64,000 nucleotides of DNA from Alphaproteobacteria bacterium (GCA_965249135.1 OZ252220.1:1664001-1728000); one strand, 5' to 3'. Positions 49,984 to 61,105 are shown, counted from the stretch's first letter. The notes: generated from the sequence alone by a model not told the origin. Program-made: numbers and translations.

Positions 49984-50022
49984 CATGGCAATATAGGAAC
50001 TAAGTCCTATAATTACCATGGT
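49982..50022. repeat. 41-bp AT-rich imperfect palindrome downstream of tgt
   Basis: ACCATGGCAATATAGGA-ACTAAG-TCCTATAATTACCATGGT (one mismatch, one indel). Confidence 0.85.
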
Positions 50023-50034
50023 ATGCAAGTGCGC

Positions 50035-51153
50035 TCAGCTTTCCTCGGGCTCGTCGTTGTGCGCGCCCGCGCGGAAGGCCGTGGCGAAGGCAGCCAGCGT
50101 GTTCCCTCGAATCGCATCGCGAAGATCTGTAATAAGATCTTGATAATAATGAAGATTATGGGTGGTGAGCAGGATGGCGCTCAGGATCTCGCCCGACTTC
50201 GTTAGGTGATGGAGGTAGGCGCGCGAATAGCCGGTACAGGCTGGGCACCGGCAGGCCTTATCGAGCGGGGCCGGGTCGTCGGCGTGGCGGGCGTTTCTTA
50301 AGTTCAGCCTGCCTTCTCGGGTGAAGGCCTGGCCGGTGCGCCCCGAGCGGGTCGGCAGCACGCAGTCGAAAAGGTCGATCCCGCCTAACACCGCATCGAC
50401 CAGGTCTTCCGGCATTCCGACGCCCATCAGGTAGCGAGGCTTTTCTTTGGGTAGGTGAGGTACCGTCGCGTGCAGCATCAGGGTAGTTTTCTCGCGCGCT
50501 TCGCCTACGGATAGCCCGCCGATCGCATAGCCATCGAAACCGATCTCGCCCAGACGTTCGGCCGATTCGATTCGAAGATCGGGAAAAATGCTACCCTGAA
50601 CGATCCCGAAAATGCCGTAACCGTCTCGTTCCTTGAACGCCGTTTTCGATCGTTCCGCCCAGCGCATCGAAAGCTGCATCGATTTCGCGGCGTCCTCTTT
50701 CGTCGCCGGCCACGCCGTGCATTCATCGAGTGCCATCGTGATGTCGGCATCCAGGAGGTGCTGAATCTCGATCGCACGTTCCGGCGTGAGTTCGTGGCGT
50801 GAGCCATCGAGGTGGGACCGGAAGACGACCCCTTCCTCGTGGATATCCCGGAGCTTGGCCAGGGACCACACCTGGAATCCCCCGGAATCCGTGAGGATTG
50901 GGCCGTTCCAGTTCATGAAACGGTGGAGCCCGCCAAGGCCTGCGATTCGCTCCGCGCCGGGCCGGAGCATCAGATGGTAGGTGTTGGCGAGAAGGATTTC
51001 TGCTCCTGTCGCCCGCACCATCTCCGGCGTCATCGCCTTCACGGTGGCCGCCGTGCCGACCGGCATGAAGGCCGGTGTATGGACGACGCCGTGGGCAGTT
51101 TTAAGAAGACCGAGCCTTCCTTCTTCCGATGCGGCTTCGACTTCGAATCTCAT
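50035..51153 (-). CDS. tgt: tRNA-guanine(34) transglycosylase
   Basis: [49 protein letters not shown]. Confidence 0.98.
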   Translation of the reverse strand: MRFEVEAASEEGRLGLLKTAHGVVHTPAFMPVGTAATVKAMTPEMVRATGAEILLANTYHLMLRPGAERIAGLGGLHRFMNWNGPILTDSGGFQVWSLAKLRDIHEEGVVFRSHLDGSRHELTPERAIEIQHLLDADITMALDECTAWPATKEDAAKSMQLSMRWAERSKTAFKERDGYGIFGIVQGSIFPDLRIESAERLGEIGFDGYAIGGLSVGEAREKTTLMLHATVPHLPKEKPRYLMGVGMPEDLVDAVLGGIDLFDCVLPTRSGRTGQAFTREGRLNLRNARHADDPAPLDKACRCPACTGYSRAYLHHLTKSGEILSAILLTTHNLHYYQDLITDLRDAIRGNTLAAFATAFRAGAHNDEPEES

Positions 51154-52199
51154 CGCTTCGCCTGCGGCGTCAGCAAACAACAATCCCCATACGAAAAGAA
51201 GCGATACCCCTCATCGATCGCATGGGCATACGCTTCGAACATGTGCGTCCTTCCGGCGAAGGCACAAACCAGCACGAAAAGGGTCGACCGCGGAAGATGA
51301 AAATTCGTGAGCAAGAGGTCGGCCGCCCGAAAGACATGGCCGGGCGTGATGAAAAGCGAAGTCTCGCCCTCGAAGGGATGGACCTGACCATCCACATCCG
51401 CCGCCGTCTCAAGCAGGCGAAGGGCGGTGGTGCCGACCGGAACGATGCGCCCGCCCTTCGCGCGGGCCTCGTTGATGGCCCTGGCGGTGGCTTTGGGGAT
51501 CGATCCCCATTCACTGTGCAGGCGGTGTTCGGCTAGGTTCTCGGTCGCTACGGGGAGGAAGGTGCCGGCTCCGACGTGAAGGGTGAGCATCGTCCGGCCG
51601 ATGCCATGGGCCTCGAGGTCGGCAAGCAGCCGTTCCGTGTAATGAAGCCCGGCCGTCGGCGCGGCCACCGCACCCGGCCTTGCCGCGAAGATCGTCTGAT
51701 AATCCTCGCGGTCCTTCGCGTCGGGCCCTTGGGCGCGGCGAATATAGGGGGGAAGCGGCATGCGCCCAATGCGCTCAAGGGTCGCGATCAACGCATCACC
51801 GCCTTCGCTCAACCGAAGCAAGACCTCGCCACCTTGCCGTTTCTCCAGGACCTTTGCCCCGAGGCCATCCGGGAAGCGCAAGGCGTTGCCTGTTTCCAGT
51901 TTCCTTGCCGGCTTTGCAAAGGCAAGCCAGCGATCCGGCGAAAGGGCCTTGTGCAGCGTGACCTCGATTTTTGCCTTGTCCCGATGGCCGAAAAGACGCG
52001 TCGGCAGCACGTGGGTGTCGTTGAAGACGAGAAGGTCACCGGATTTAAGAAGCCCAGGCAGATCCTGCATCGTCCGGTCAAGGAGTGGATCGCCGATCAC
52101 GAGGAGCCGCGCCGCGTCGCGGGGCGCGACGGGACGCGCCGCGATCCGCTCCTTTGGCAGATCGAAATCGTAGTTCTCAAGCTTGTCCGAGGCCTTCAA
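51150..52199 (-). CDS. queA: S-adenosylmethionine:tRNA ribosyltransferase-isomerase
   Basis: [50 protein letters not shown]; TTG start overlaps the queG stop. Confidence 0.97.
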   Translation of the reverse strand: MKASDKLENYDFDLPKERIAARPVAPRDAARLLVIGDPLLDRTMQDLPGLLKSGDLLVFNDTHVLPTRLFGHRDKAKIEVTLHKALSPDRWLAFAKPARKLETGNALRFPDGLGAKVLEKRQGGEVLLRLSEGGDALIATLERIGRMPLPPYIRRAQGPDAKDREDYQTIFAARPGAVAAPTAGLHYTERLLADLEAHGIGRTMLTLHVGAGTFLPVATENLAEHRLHSEWGSIPKATARAINEARAKGGRIVPVGTTALRLLETAADVDGQVHPFEGETSLFITPGHVFRAADLLLTNFHLPRSTLFVLVCAFAGRTHMFEAYAHAIDEGYRFFSYGDCCLLTPQAKR

Positions 52200-53314
52200 A
52201 CGCCCCACTCCTTGCGCACCTCGGCATCCGCTTCGGAAGGGGCGTGGCGCGCATGAAGGGCCGCGAAGGTTTCTGCGTCCACGAGACGATGCAAGGCCCA
52301 GACGGCCATCCCGCGAACCAGAGGAGAGGGGTCGGAAAGGCGGCGTTCGACGGTGGGCACGATTCGTGAATCCCCAGAATTTCCAAGTGCAATCAAAACA
52401 TTACGTAAGAAGCGCTGACGTCCGATCCGTTTGATCGCGCTACCGGCGAAGCGCCGCCGGAAGGCGGCATCGTCAAGCTCGACGAGCTCGGCGAGTTCGG
52501 GGCTTATCAGCTCGGCGCGGGGACGAAAGGCGTATTCCTCCGTTTGCTGCGCGAATTTGTTCCACGGGCAGACGGCGAGGCAATCGTCGCAGCCATAGAT
52601 TCGATTGCCCATCGCTTGGCGAAATTCGCGCGGGATGACGCCCTTGTGTTCGATCGTAAGGTAAGAAATGCAACGGCGCGCATCGAGCTCATAGGGTTTT
52701 GGAAAAGCCTTCGTCGGACAGACGTCGAGGCAGGCTTGGCAGACACCGCAATGATCGGTTTCCGGCGCATCCGGAGGCAAAGAAAGGGTCGTCAGAATCT
52801 CGCCTAAGAAGAGCCAGGAACCGTGGCGCGTCGAGACGAGGTTCGTATGCTTTCCCTGCCAGCCGATGCCGCCTCTTTCGGCGAGCGGCTTTTCCATTAA
52901 GGGTGCCGTGTCGACGAAAACCTTCACTTCGCACTCGAAGGTGGTGGCGATCCAGCCGGCAAACCGTTTCAGCCGTTTCTTGAGCATCTGGTGGTAGTCC
53001 GCACCGCGGGCATAGACGCTGATGTTGCCGAGGCGTGGCTTTGCGAGGAGGGCAAGCGGGGCGTCCGCCGGTGCGTAATTCATGCCAAGGGCAATGACGC
53101 TCTTTGCTTCGGGCCAAAGGGCAAGCGGGTCGGCACGGCGAACGAAGCTCGCATCAAGCCACGCCATGTCGCCGTGGTAGCCCTTTTGAAGGAAACGCTT
53201 GAGGTTTTTCTTGAGGCCCTCGTCGGAGGCAGCCTCAAGGAAGCCGACCGCATCGAAGCCCAAGTCCCGCGCCTTCGCCCGGATAGACTCGCCGTTCGTT
53301 TTGTTCGCTGCCAT
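52196..53314 (-). CDS. queG: Epoxyqueuosine reductase
   Basis: YARGADYH, VDTAPLMEK, GSWLFLGE, CGVCQACLDVCPT, CISYLTIE, YGCDDCLAVCPWN; HEAT-like tail. Confidence 0.97.
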   Translation of the reverse strand: MAANKTNGESIRAKARDLGFDAVGFLEAASDEGLKKNLKRFLQKGYHGDMAWLDASFVRRADPLALWPEAKSVIALGMNYAPADAPLALLAKPRLGNISVYARGADYHQMLKKRLKRFAGWIATTFECEVKVFVDTAPLMEKPLAERGGIGWQGKHTNLVSTRHGSWLFLGEILTTLSLPPDAPETDHCGVCQACLDVCPTKAFPKPYELDARRCISYLTIEHKGVIPREFRQAMGNRIYGCDDCLAVCPWNKFAQQTEEYAFRPRAELISPELAELVELDDAAFRRRFAGSAIKRIGRQRFLRNVLIALGNSGDSRIVPTVERRLSDPSPLVRGMAVWALHRLVDAETFAALHARHAPSEADAEVRKEWGV

Positions 53315-53322
53315 CACCGCCC

Positions 53323-55725
53323 CTAGTGACGAAGTTCGGCTCCGGTTGCCCTGCTCACGCTGTCTACGATTTTCTCAGCGACAGCGGCGATTTCCTCATC
53401 CGTAAGCGTCTTCTCCCTAGGCTGCAGGGTGACGGAGATGGCAAGCGACTTCTTGCCGAGTGCCACGCCCTTGCCTTGGTAGACGTCGAAAACGGTGACG
53501 GAGCTGATCAATTTCGGCGCCGCCTTTTTCGTGGCGCGAAGGATCTCCGCCGCAGCAACGCCTTCATCGACGACGAAGGCGAAGTCGCGCGCGACCGCCT
53601 GAAAAGCAGAGGCACCCAGGGGCGGGCGGGTGCGGTATGAGCGAAGCTTCGGTGCCGGCGCACGATCGAGGAAGACTTCGAAGCCAACGACGGGCCCTTC
53701 GATTTCCATGCGTGCGAGGACGCTGGGGTGAATTTCACCGAAATAGGCAAACACGTTCTTCGGCCCCTGGCGGAACGTGCCGACGCGTGCCGGGTGATAC
53801 CAAGTGGGGCCTTCGGAGGCGGCCTCGAGACTTGCCGCCCTTACCCCGGCCGCGGTGAGCGTCGCTATCGCGTCGGCTTTCGCATCATAGGCATCGACGG
53901 GGTGCGCGGATGTAAGCCAATGGCGGGGGCCGATCTTACCGGCCCGGATGCCTGCGGCCACCAGGGACTGGTCCTCCGCCAATAGGCCTGCGTATTGGGG
54001 ACCGATTTCAAAGAGGGCGAGGTCCGGGAAGCCACGATCGGCGTTTCGCCCCACCGCCAGGATCAGATGGGGAAGGATCGAAGGGCGCAGCATATCGAGG
54101 TCTGCGCTGATTGGATTTTCCAGCGCAAGCGCCTTGGTGCCACCAAAATCGGAAGCGACGCGGGAAGATAGGAAGGACCAGTTGACCGCCTCGACCATGC
54201 CGCGGCCGGCCAGCGTGCGTCTGGCAAATTCCGCCTGGTGCTCGGTCGGCGTCACGATGACCTGGGGAAGCGAGGTCTCCGAAGAGGGCGGCAGCGAGGG
54301 GATCGCGTCATACCCGTGAATGCGAAGGACTTCCTCGACGAGGTCCGCCTCGCCCTCGATGTCGTTGCGCCAGGAAGGGACACGGATCGCAAGACCCTTT
54401 CCCTTTTTCACGCCTTCGAAGCCGAGCTTCTTCAAGATGCCCACCGATTTCTTTTCGGGCAGATCGATGCCGCCAAGGAAGCGCACGCGATCGGCTCGGA
54501 AGACAACGGTTTGATCGCGCCTTTCTTCCTTGCCGGCGATGACGCATTCGCCGACCTCGCCGCCACAGAATTCGAGGATGTATTGCGTCGCCGCCTCCAT
54601 GCCGGGTAGGACCAGGGCGGAATCGACACCGCGCTCGAAGCGATGACGCGCATCCGTCTCGATGTTGAGCTTGCGCCCGGTTGCCGCCGTGCGTACCGGG
54701 TCGAAGATCGCCGATTCGACGAAGACGTTTGTCGTCGACTCCGTGCAGCCGGAGGAAACGCCACCGATGACGCCGGCGAGACTCAAGACTTCCCTTTCGT
54801 CGGCGATCACGCACATCTCCGCATCGAGGACGTAGTCCTTGCCGTCCAGCGCACGCAACGTTTCGCCCTCGCGGGCAAGGCGCACGGTGAGGTTTCCATT
54901 GAGCGTGTCCGCATCGAAGACGTGCATGGGGCGGCCCAACTCGATCGCCATCAGGTTCGTCACGTCGACCAGGCCTGAGATGGGACGAAGCCCGATGGCG
55001 CGCAGACGATTCTGAAGCCAATCCGGGCTGGGCCCGTTCTTCACGCCGCGCAAGCTGCGGCCGACGAAATGGGGGCAGGCATCCTTTGCACCCTTCGGGA
55101 AATCGAGGGAAAGCCCGATCGGCCTTTCGAAAATGCCGGTGACGGGCTTTGCTTGCCAGGGCTTCAGCTTGCCGAGGCCGGCCGCCGCGAGGTCACGGGC
55201 GATGCCGCGCACGCTCAGGCAATCCCCGCGGTTCGGGGTGAGCGCCAGATGGAGCATCGGATCGTCCAGGCCAAGTGCGGTGACGGCAGGGGAGCCGATT
55301 TTCGTATCCGCCGGCAACTCGATCACGCCGGCGTGGTCCTCGCCAAGTTCGAGTTCCGCCGCCGAGCACAGCATGCCTTCGCTGAGGACCCCCCGGATCT
55401 TGCCGGCGCGCAAGGGCTCTTGCGTTGCCGGGATGATGGTCCCCGGAACGGCCAGCACCCCCTTCATTCCGGCCTGGGCGTTGGCGGCCCCGCAGACGAC
55501 GGTGAACGTCTTCTTGCCAGTCGAGACGGAACAAACCTGAAGGCGCTCGGCGTCCGGGTGTCGCTCGGCGCTTTGTACCCCGGCGACGGTGAAGCCCTTA
55601 AGCGTCTTCGACCGATCGACGCATTCTTCCACCTCGAGGCCGATCGCCGTCAGTTTATCGGCGATCGTCGAGAGATCGGCGTCCGTATCGAGGTGTTCGC
55701 GAAGCCAGCCGAGGGTGAATTTCAT
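53323..55725 (-). CDS. pheT: Phenylalanine--tRNA ligase beta subunit
   Basis: [41 protein letters not shown]. Confidence 0.98.
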   Translation of the reverse strand: MKFTLGWLREHLDTDADLSTIADKLTAIGLEVEECVDRSKTLKGFTVAGVQSAERHPDAERLQVCSVSTGKKTFTVVCGAANAQAGMKGVLAVPGTIIPATQEPLRAGKIRGVLSEGMLCSAAELELGEDHAGVIELPADTKIGSPAVTALGLDDPMLHLALTPNRGDCLSVRGIARDLAAAGLGKLKPWQAKPVTGIFERPIGLSLDFPKGAKDACPHFVGRSLRGVKNGPSPDWLQNRLRAIGLRPISGLVDVTNLMAIELGRPMHVFDADTLNGNLTVRLAREGETLRALDGKDYVLDAEMCVIADEREVLSLAGVIGGVSSGCTESTTNVFVESAIFDPVRTAATGRKLNIETDARHRFERGVDSALVLPGMEAATQYILEFCGGEVGECVIAGKEERRDQTVVFRADRVRFLGGIDLPEKKSVGILKKLGFEGVKKGKGLAIRVPSWRNDIEGEADLVEEVLRIHGYDAIPSLPPSSETSLPQVIVTPTEHQAEFARRTLAGRGMVEAVNWSFLSSRVASDFGGTKALALENPISADLDMLRPSILPHLILAVGRNADRGFPDLALFEIGPQYAGLLAEDQSLVAAGIRAGKIGPRHWLTSAHPVDAYDAKADAIATLTAAGVRAASLEAASEGPTWYHPARVGTFRQGPKNVFAYFGEIHPSVLARMEIEGPVVGFEVFLDRAPAPKLRSYRTRPPLGASAFQAVARDFAFVVDEGVAAAEILRATKKAAPKLISSVTVFDVYQGKGVALGKKSLAISVTLQPREKTLTDEEIAAVAEKIVDSVSRATGAELRH

Positions 55726-56798
55726 CACGAAAGCCCCCCGGCAAGGGTAGGAACATCCAACGGCAGGAAGCCGTAGTGGCGAAGCCAGCGGAGATCCGAT
55801 TCGAAAAAGGTGCGCAGATCCGGAATGCCGTATTTCAACATGGCGACCCGCTCGACCCCGAGGCCGAAGGCGAAGCCCTGGTACGTATTCGAATCGATCC
55901 CGCAGTGCTCCAGCACTTTTGGGTGGACCATCCCGCAGCCCAATATTTCAAGCCAGTCGGCACCGGTGCCGACGCGCAATTCGTCCTTCTCGCGGGCGCA
56001 GCCGATGTCGACCTCTGCCGAAGGTTCCGTGAAAGGAAAAAAACTTGGCCGAAAACGCAACGGCACGTCGTCGAGTTCGAAAAAGGTGCGGCAGAAATCG
56101 AAGAGACAGCCTTTCAGGTGTCCCATATGGGTGCTCTTATCGATGAGCAGGCCCTCGATCTGGTGGAACATCGGCGTGTGCGTGATGTCCGAATCCCGCC
56201 GATAGGTGCGGCCCGGCGCGATGATCCGGATCGGCGGCTTCGTCGCCTGCATCGTCCGGATTTGGACCGGGGAGGTGTGGGTACGCAGCAACCTTCGCTC
56301 GCCGGATGAATCGGGCGGGAAGTAAAACGTGTCGTGCATCTGGCGGGCGGGATGTTCCGGCGGGATATTGAGGGCCGCGAAATTATGGAAGTCATCCTCG
56401 ACGTCCGGTCCCTCCGCAACGGCAAACCCCATCGCGCCGAAGATCTGAAGAAGCTCGTTCATCGTCTGGCTGATGGGATGGATCCGCCCTTCCGCTTCGG
56501 GGCGGACCGGAAGCGTCATGTCGAGCCGTTCCTCAAGGAGGCGCGTGTTTAATGCCAAATCGCCCAAAAACCGGCTGCGGTCGGTAATCGCCTGGGTGAC
56601 CTCCTCCTTGAGGGCGTTCAAGCTCGCCCCCTGATTGCGGCGTTCCTCAGGCTCGAGTTCGCTCAAGCCCTTCATTCGCTCGGTGATTTTCCCCTTCTTG
56701 CCAAGGGCCGTGACGCGGAGACGCTCGAGACCTTCGAGGTTTTTCACCGCTTCGATCTCGTTCAGCAGCGCTTTGCGCAGGGGTTCGAGGTCCGTCAT
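55725..56798 (-). CDS. pheS: Phenylalanine--tRNA ligase alpha subunit
   Basis: [43 protein letters not shown]. Confidence 0.98.
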   Translation of the reverse strand: MTDLEPLRKALLNEIEAVKNLEGLERLRVTALGKKGKITERMKGLSELEPEERRNQGASLNALKEEVTQAITDRSRFLGDLALNTRLLEERLDMTLPVRPEAEGRIHPISQTMNELLQIFGAMGFAVAEGPDVEDDFHNFAALNIPPEHPARQMHDTFYFPPDSSGERRLLRTHTSPVQIRTMQATKPPIRIIAPGRTYRRDSDITHTPMFHQIEGLLIDKSTHMGHLKGCLFDFCRTFFELDDVPLRFRPSFFPFTEPSAEVDIGCAREKDELRVGTGADWLEILGCGMVHPKVLEHCGIDSNTYQGFAFGLGVERVAMLKYGIPDLRTFFESDLRWLRHYGFLPLDVPTLAGGLS

Positions 56799-56815
56799 CG
56801 CTTTCCTATCTTAAG

Positions 56816-56850
56816 GAAAAAGAAGAGGGCTTACGAATGCAAGCCCTCTT
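56816..56850 (-). terminator. Rho-independent terminator after rplT
   Basis: AAGAGGGCTT-GCATTCGT-AAGCCCTCTT-CTTTTT on the minus strand. Confidence 0.8.
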
Positions 56851-56885
56851 ACTTCAAATTCCAACTGCCGGTTCGGGGCTTAAGA

Positions 56886-57251
56886 TCATGCGGTTGGGCC
56901 CAGCGCCCCCCGGGCCTGTTCTACGATCTCCTTAAAGGCCGATGGGTCGTTTACCGCGAGATCCGAGAGCACCTTGCGATCCATCTCGATTCCGGCCTTC
57001 TTGATGCCGCTCATGAATTGTGAATAGGTAAGTCCATATTCCCGGGCACCCGCATTGATGCGCTGTATCCAAAGGGCACGGAAACTGCGCTTGCGGTTAC
57101 GGCGATCACGATAGGCATATTGCAGGCCTTTCTCGACCCGCTCGATCGCCACGCGAAAACTTGATTTCGCACGGCCGCGATAGCCGGTGGCCCGGTCGAT
57201 GACCTTCTTGTGACGGGCGTGGGCGCCGACCCCTCTCTTCACGCGTGCCAT
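56886..57251 (-). CDS. rplT: 50S ribosomal protein L20
   Basis: [31 protein letters not shown]. Confidence 0.98.
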   Translation of the reverse strand: MARVKRGVGAHARHKKVIDRATGYRGRAKSSFRVAIERVEKGLQYAYRDRRNRKRSFRALWIQRINAGAREYGLTYSQFMSGIKKAGIEMDRKVLSDLAVNDPSAFKEIVEQARGALGPTA

Positions 57252-57260
57252 GGGCCGTCC

Positions 57261-57461
57261 TTAACTGCCGTAAGGCATGAATTTCTTGACGATGGCAGCG
57301 TCCGCCTTCGACAGAAACGTCGCGCGACGAGCCTTTCTTTTCATTTTCTGGGAGCGCTTCCGCAGGTTGTGACGCTTACCCGACGGGTTCATCCGGACCT
57401 TTCCCTTGGCGGTCATCCGGAATCGGCGCTTTGTGCTGCTTTTCGTCTTGAGCTTGGGCAT
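57261..57461 (-). CDS. rpmI: 50S ribosomal protein L35
   Basis: MPKLKTKSSTKRRF..T..GK; SD GGAG. Confidence 0.97.
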   Translation of the reverse strand: MPKLKTKSSTKRRFRMTAKGKVRMNPSGKRHNLRKRSQKMKRKARRATFLSKADAAIVKKFMPYGS

Positions 57462-57489
57462 TTTCCTCTCCTTCAAGTCGAGGCTTCAT

Positions 57490-57523
57490 GAGCGGCTAGG
57501 CATGCCCGTAAGCCTTACCGCTC
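57490..57523 (-). promoter_or_regulatory. Hairpin in the rpmI leader (candidate L20-responsive element)
   Basis: GAGCGGT-A-AGGC-TTACGGGCAT-GCCT-AGCCGCTC on the minus strand, about 30 nt before rpmI. Confidence 0.45.
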
Positions 57524-57591
57524 GAAAGCAGCGTGGGTTATACCGAGTGCGCGTTGGAAAGGCAAGAACCCGGCCTCGGCCGGAACGCCCC

Positions 57592-58128
57592 TTACTTCGT
57601 GGTTAGCACCATCGTCATCAGCCGCCCTTCCATCTGGGGGAACTGCTCGATTTTGCCGACTGCTTCCACGTCGTCGCGGATTCGCATCAGAACTTTCAAG
57701 CCCAAGTCCTGGTGCGCCATTTCCCGGCCCCGGAAACGCATCGTCACCTTGACCTTGTTGCCTTCACCCAGGAAGGCCATGATTTTGCGGAGTTTCACTT
57801 CGTAGTCGTGGATTTCAGTCCCGGGGCGAAGCTTGATCTCCTTGACGTCGATCACCTTCTGCTTCTTTTTTGCCTCGGCGCGCTTTTTGCTCTCCTGATA
57901 TTTGAGCTTTCCGTAGTCGAGGACTTTGCAGACGGGTGGATCGGCGGTCGGTGATATCTCGACGAGGTCAAGCCCGGCTTCTTCAGCGGCTTTGAGACCT
58001 TCCTCGATGGGAACGACGCCGATTTGCTCCGAGTTGGCTCCAATAAGACGGATGGTGGGAACGTCGATTTGTTCGTTGATGCGCGGTCCCTGTCGGGATG
58101 GCCGCGTTTGCGCAGATAATCTGGCTAT
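57592..58128 (-). CDS. infC: Translation initiation factor IF-3 (ATA start)
   Basis: One continuous frame from GGAGG-AAGTTC-ATA GCC: (M)ARLSAQTRPSRQGPRINEQI...YQESKK...VKEIKLRP...FRGRE. The ORF track shows only the 3' half. Confidence 0.96.
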   Translation of the reverse strand: MARLSAQTRPSRQGPRINEQIDVPTIRLIGANSEQIGVVPIEEGLKAAEEAGLDLVEISPTADPPVCKVLDYGKLKYQESKKRAEAKKKQKVIDVKEIKLRPGTEIHDYEVKLRKIMAFLGEGNKVKVTMRFRGREMAHQDLGLKVLMRIRDDVEAVGKIEQFPQMEGRLMTMVLTTK

Positions 58129-58165
58129 GAACTTCCTCCAATTGTTGTTTCAGCGAAGACCGTGG

Positions 58166-60079
58166 TTACGCGTCGGGAGCCGCAGCTTCCTTGCTAAGTC
58201 TAGCGACTGCTTCTTCGAGGGCAAGGCTTTCTTGATCCTTGCTTCCCAAGTGGCGGACGGAAACCGTATGGTTTTCCGCTTCCCGGTTGCCGATGGCAAG
58301 AAGAACAGGGATTTTCGCAAGGCTATGCTCGCGGACCTTGTAGTTAATCTTTTCGTTACGAAGATCCAGTTCGACCCGAAGCCCCGCCTTTTGGAGTGCG
58401 TCAAAGACTTCGCCCGCGTATGCATCGCTGTCGTTTGTGATGGTTACGACGACGATCTGTAACGGTGCAAGCCACATGGGCAAACGGCCGGCATAGTGTT
58501 CGATGAGTACGCCGATAAAGCGTTCGATGGAGCCCAGGATCGCCCGGTGCAGCATGACCGGGCGATGTTTCTCGCTATCCTCGCCGATGTAGTTTGCGTG
58601 CAGCCGCTCCGGCAATACGAAGTCGACCTGCAGCGTGCCGCATTGCCACTCGCGACCGATGGCGTCCCGGAGGACGAATTCGAGCTTTGGTCCGTAGAAG
58701 GCGCCTTCGCCGGGATTCAGCGACACCTCAAGGCCGGTTGCCTCCGTCGCGGCGCGAAGGGCCGCTTCCGACTCGTCCCAAATGGCATCTTCACCGGCGC
58801 GCAGGTCGGGCCGGTCGGCATATTTGATGATGACGTCCTCATACCCGAAATCCTTGTAAATGCTTAACAAGAGATTGCAGAACGCCGTTGTTTCCCCGGT
58901 GATCTGATCGTGGGTGCAGAAGATGTGCGCGTCGTCCTGGGTGAAGGCGCGAACCCGAAAGAGCCCGTGGAGCGCGCCGGACGGCTCGTTTCGGTAACAG
59001 CAACCGAATTCCGCCATACGCAGCGGAAGATCCCGGTAGCTCTTCAAGCCTTGCCGGAAGATCTGGACATGACCGGGACAGTTCATCGGTTTCAGCGCCA
59101 GCACACGCTCCTCCGACTCGGCGGTAAACATGTGTTCGCGAAACTTTTCCCAATGACCCGACTGCTCCCAAAGACTGCGGTCCAAGAGTTCCGGCGTTCG
59201 CACCTCGACGTAGCCTGCTTGGTCCAAGCGACGGCGGATGTAGGCCTCGAGAATCCGATAGAGCGTCCAGCCCTTCGGATGCCAGAAGATGGAACCCACC
59301 GCCTCTTCCTGAATGTGGAAGAGCCCCATCTCTTTACCTAAGCGACGGTGATCGCGCCGTGCCGCTTCCTCCAGGAGGAAGAGGTGGTTCTTTAATTCCT
59401 TTTCGTTCGCCCAGGCGGTGCCGTAGATGCGCTGGAGCATCTCGTTCCGGGAATCCCCCCGCCAATAGGCCCCGGCAAGCTTCGTGAGCTTGAAGCCTTT
59501 GCCCAACCTTCCGGTCGATGGCAGATGGGGACCTCGGCAAAGGTCGATGAAGTTACCCTGGCGGTAAAGGGTGATGTCCTCATCGGACGGGATCGCCTCG
59601 ATGATTTCCGCCTTGTAGCGTTCGCCTGCGTTCTTGAAGAAAGTGATCGCCTCTTCGCGATTCCAGATCTCGCGAATGACCGCTTCGTCGCGTGCGACGA
59701 TCTCGTGCATCCGTTTCTCGATCTTCTCCAGATCTTCCGGCGTGAAGGGTTCCTTTCGGGAAAAATCGTAGTAGAAACCGTTCGCGATCGCCGGGCCGAT
59801 CGTGACCTGGGTTTTTGGATAAAGCTCCTTTACCGCTTCGGCCATGACGTGGGCGGCGTCGTGGCGGAGGATTTCGCGCCCCTCGTCCGTCTCGCGCGTG
59901 ACGATGGCAATCTCGGCGTCTTCCTCGAGCGTGCGGGTGAGATCCCAGAGCTCGCCATTCACGCGAATGGCGACCGCCGCCTTGGCCAGGCCTTTGCCGA
60001 TCGCCATGGCGATCTCAAGACCAGTCACGCCGCTCTTGTGAGGCTGGACGGAACCATCGGGAAGGGTAATTGCGACCAT
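58166..60079 (-). CDS. thrS: Threonine--tRNA ligase
   Basis: TGS domain [45 protein letters not shown]. Confidence 0.98.
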   Translation of the reverse strand: MVAITLPDGSVQPHKSGVTGLEIAMAIGKGLAKAAVAIRVNGELWDLTRTLEEDAEIAIVTRETDEGREILRHDAAHVMAEAVKELYPKTQVTIGPAIANGFYYDFSRKEPFTPEDLEKIEKRMHEIVARDEAVIREIWNREEAITFFKNAGERYKAEIIEAIPSDEDITLYRQGNFIDLCRGPHLPSTGRLGKGFKLTKLAGAYWRGDSRNEMLQRIYGTAWANEKELKNHLFLLEEAARRDHRRLGKEMGLFHIQEEAVGSIFWHPKGWTLYRILEAYIRRRLDQAGYVEVRTPELLDRSLWEQSGHWEKFREHMFTAESEERVLALKPMNCPGHVQIFRQGLKSYRDLPLRMAEFGCCYRNEPSGALHGLFRVRAFTQDDAHIFCTHDQITGETTAFCNLLLSIYKDFGYEDVIIKYADRPDLRAGEDAIWDESEAALRAATEATGLEVSLNPGEGAFYGPKLEFVLRDAIGREWQCGTLQVDFVLPERLHANYIGEDSEKHRPVMLHRAILGSIERFIGVLIEHYAGRLPMWLAPLQIVVVTITNDSDAYAGEVFDALQKAGLRVELDLRNEKINYKVREHSLAKIPVLLAIGNREAENHTVSVRHLGSKDQESLALEEAVARLSKEAAAPDA

Positions 60080-60145
60080 CTGAAAGTCCGGAAAAACCGC
60101 CTTTTTCCTATGGGTTGCGGAAATGTAGAACCTTTCGAAACCGTG

Positions 60146-61105
60146 TCAAGGATGGCCCGGTTCCGTATTGCCTTCCGAGGCTTGCGGGAGGCAAAGCGCT
60201 TCGAACACGTCTGCCGGCGTGAGCGCCGCCAAGGGCTCGCGTCTTACGATCGTCACCCGCCGCCCTCGAGGGGCACAAAGGGCAGGATCAGACGCGCCGG
60301 AAAAGAGGACCAGGGTCGAGCTTCCGGCGATCGCGATCAGATGCATGGGCCCGGTGTCGTTTCCCACCGCCCCTTCCGCACCACGCGCCAACTCGGCGAT
60401 GTCGAAAAGATCCGTGGCACCGGCAAGGTTCACCGCCTGCGGGCAGGCCGTGGCGATCGCCGCCAGGGTTTCCGCTTCCGCAGCCGTGCCGAGCAGGACG
60501 GGGGTCACGCCACGTTCGGCGAGAAGCTTCGCAAGTGCCACGTAATGCGGCTCCGGCCAGCGTTTTTCCGGGCGGTGGGGGGCGCCTCCCGGAACGAAGA
60601 GGACGTAAGAGCTTGGCAAGTGAAAGCGCGATGCATCGGCCGTCATCCAGTCGACGGAAGCAGGCGGCACGTCCGCGATCCCCGCCATCTTAAGCTGTTC
60701 CGTCTGGCGTTCGATCGTGTGCTGAAAATCGCGCTTTGGATTTGCGTGCGGGTGTGAGCAGCCGCGCGCAATGCCGGACCATTCCGGAAAGGGACCCGGG
60801 AAGAGAAGGGCGAAGTAAAAACCGCTGCGATCCGACGTCTGCAGGTCGTAGACTCGCTCGAAGCGTGCCTTGCGAAGCGCCTTGCGAAGTCGAAGCCAGT
60901 CGAAGATTTGCAAAAATTTTGGCCGGCGATCCAACCACACCGAATCAAAGTAGCCGCACCGTTCGGCCATCTCCTGGAAAGGGGCGGTCGCAAGAAGCGT
61001 GATCTTTGCCTCTTTGTGGTGGTGGCGAATGGCCGCGAAGGGCCCCAACGCCTGCAGGAAATCACCGAGCGCGCCGAGCTTGATCACAAGCACGCGGCTT
61101 GTCAT
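60146..61105 (-). CDS. GT9 (heptosyltransferase-like) LPS core glycosyltransferase
   Basis: VIKLGALGD, YDLQ, KRWP, GNDTGPMH. Confidence 0.92.
   Translation of the reverse strand: MTSRVLVIKLGALGDFLQALGPFAAIRHHHKEAKITLLATAPFQEMAERCGYFDSVWLDRRPKFLQIFDWLRLRKALRKARFERVYDLQTSDRSGFYFALLFPGPFPEWSGIARGCSHPHANPKRDFQHTIERQTEQLKMAGIADVPPASVDWMTADASRFHLPSSYVLFVPGGAPHRPEKRWPEPHYVALAKLLAERGVTPVLLGTAAEAETLAAIATACPQAVNLAGATDLFDIAELARGAEGAVGNDTGPMHLIAIAGSSTLVLFSGASDPALCAPRGRRVTIVRREPLAALTPADVFEALCLPQASEGNTEPGHP

Noticed and set aside
49826-50034. preQ1 riboswitch, dif site or replication origin in the tgt-queF spacer
   Set aside because: No preQ1 stem with an A-rich tail recognised upstream of queF, no XerD arm (TTATGTTAAAT-like), no good DnaA boxes and no hemE/dnaA context.
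47637-51153. dpd-type 7-deazaguanine DNA modification system
   Set aside because: The tgt is a canonical bacterial tRNA enzyme beside queA and queG; no dpdA/B/C-like genes are present.
57592-58043. Apparent frameshift or split of infC in the ORF track
   Set aside because: Manual translation is continuous in one frame; the split arises from the ATA start.
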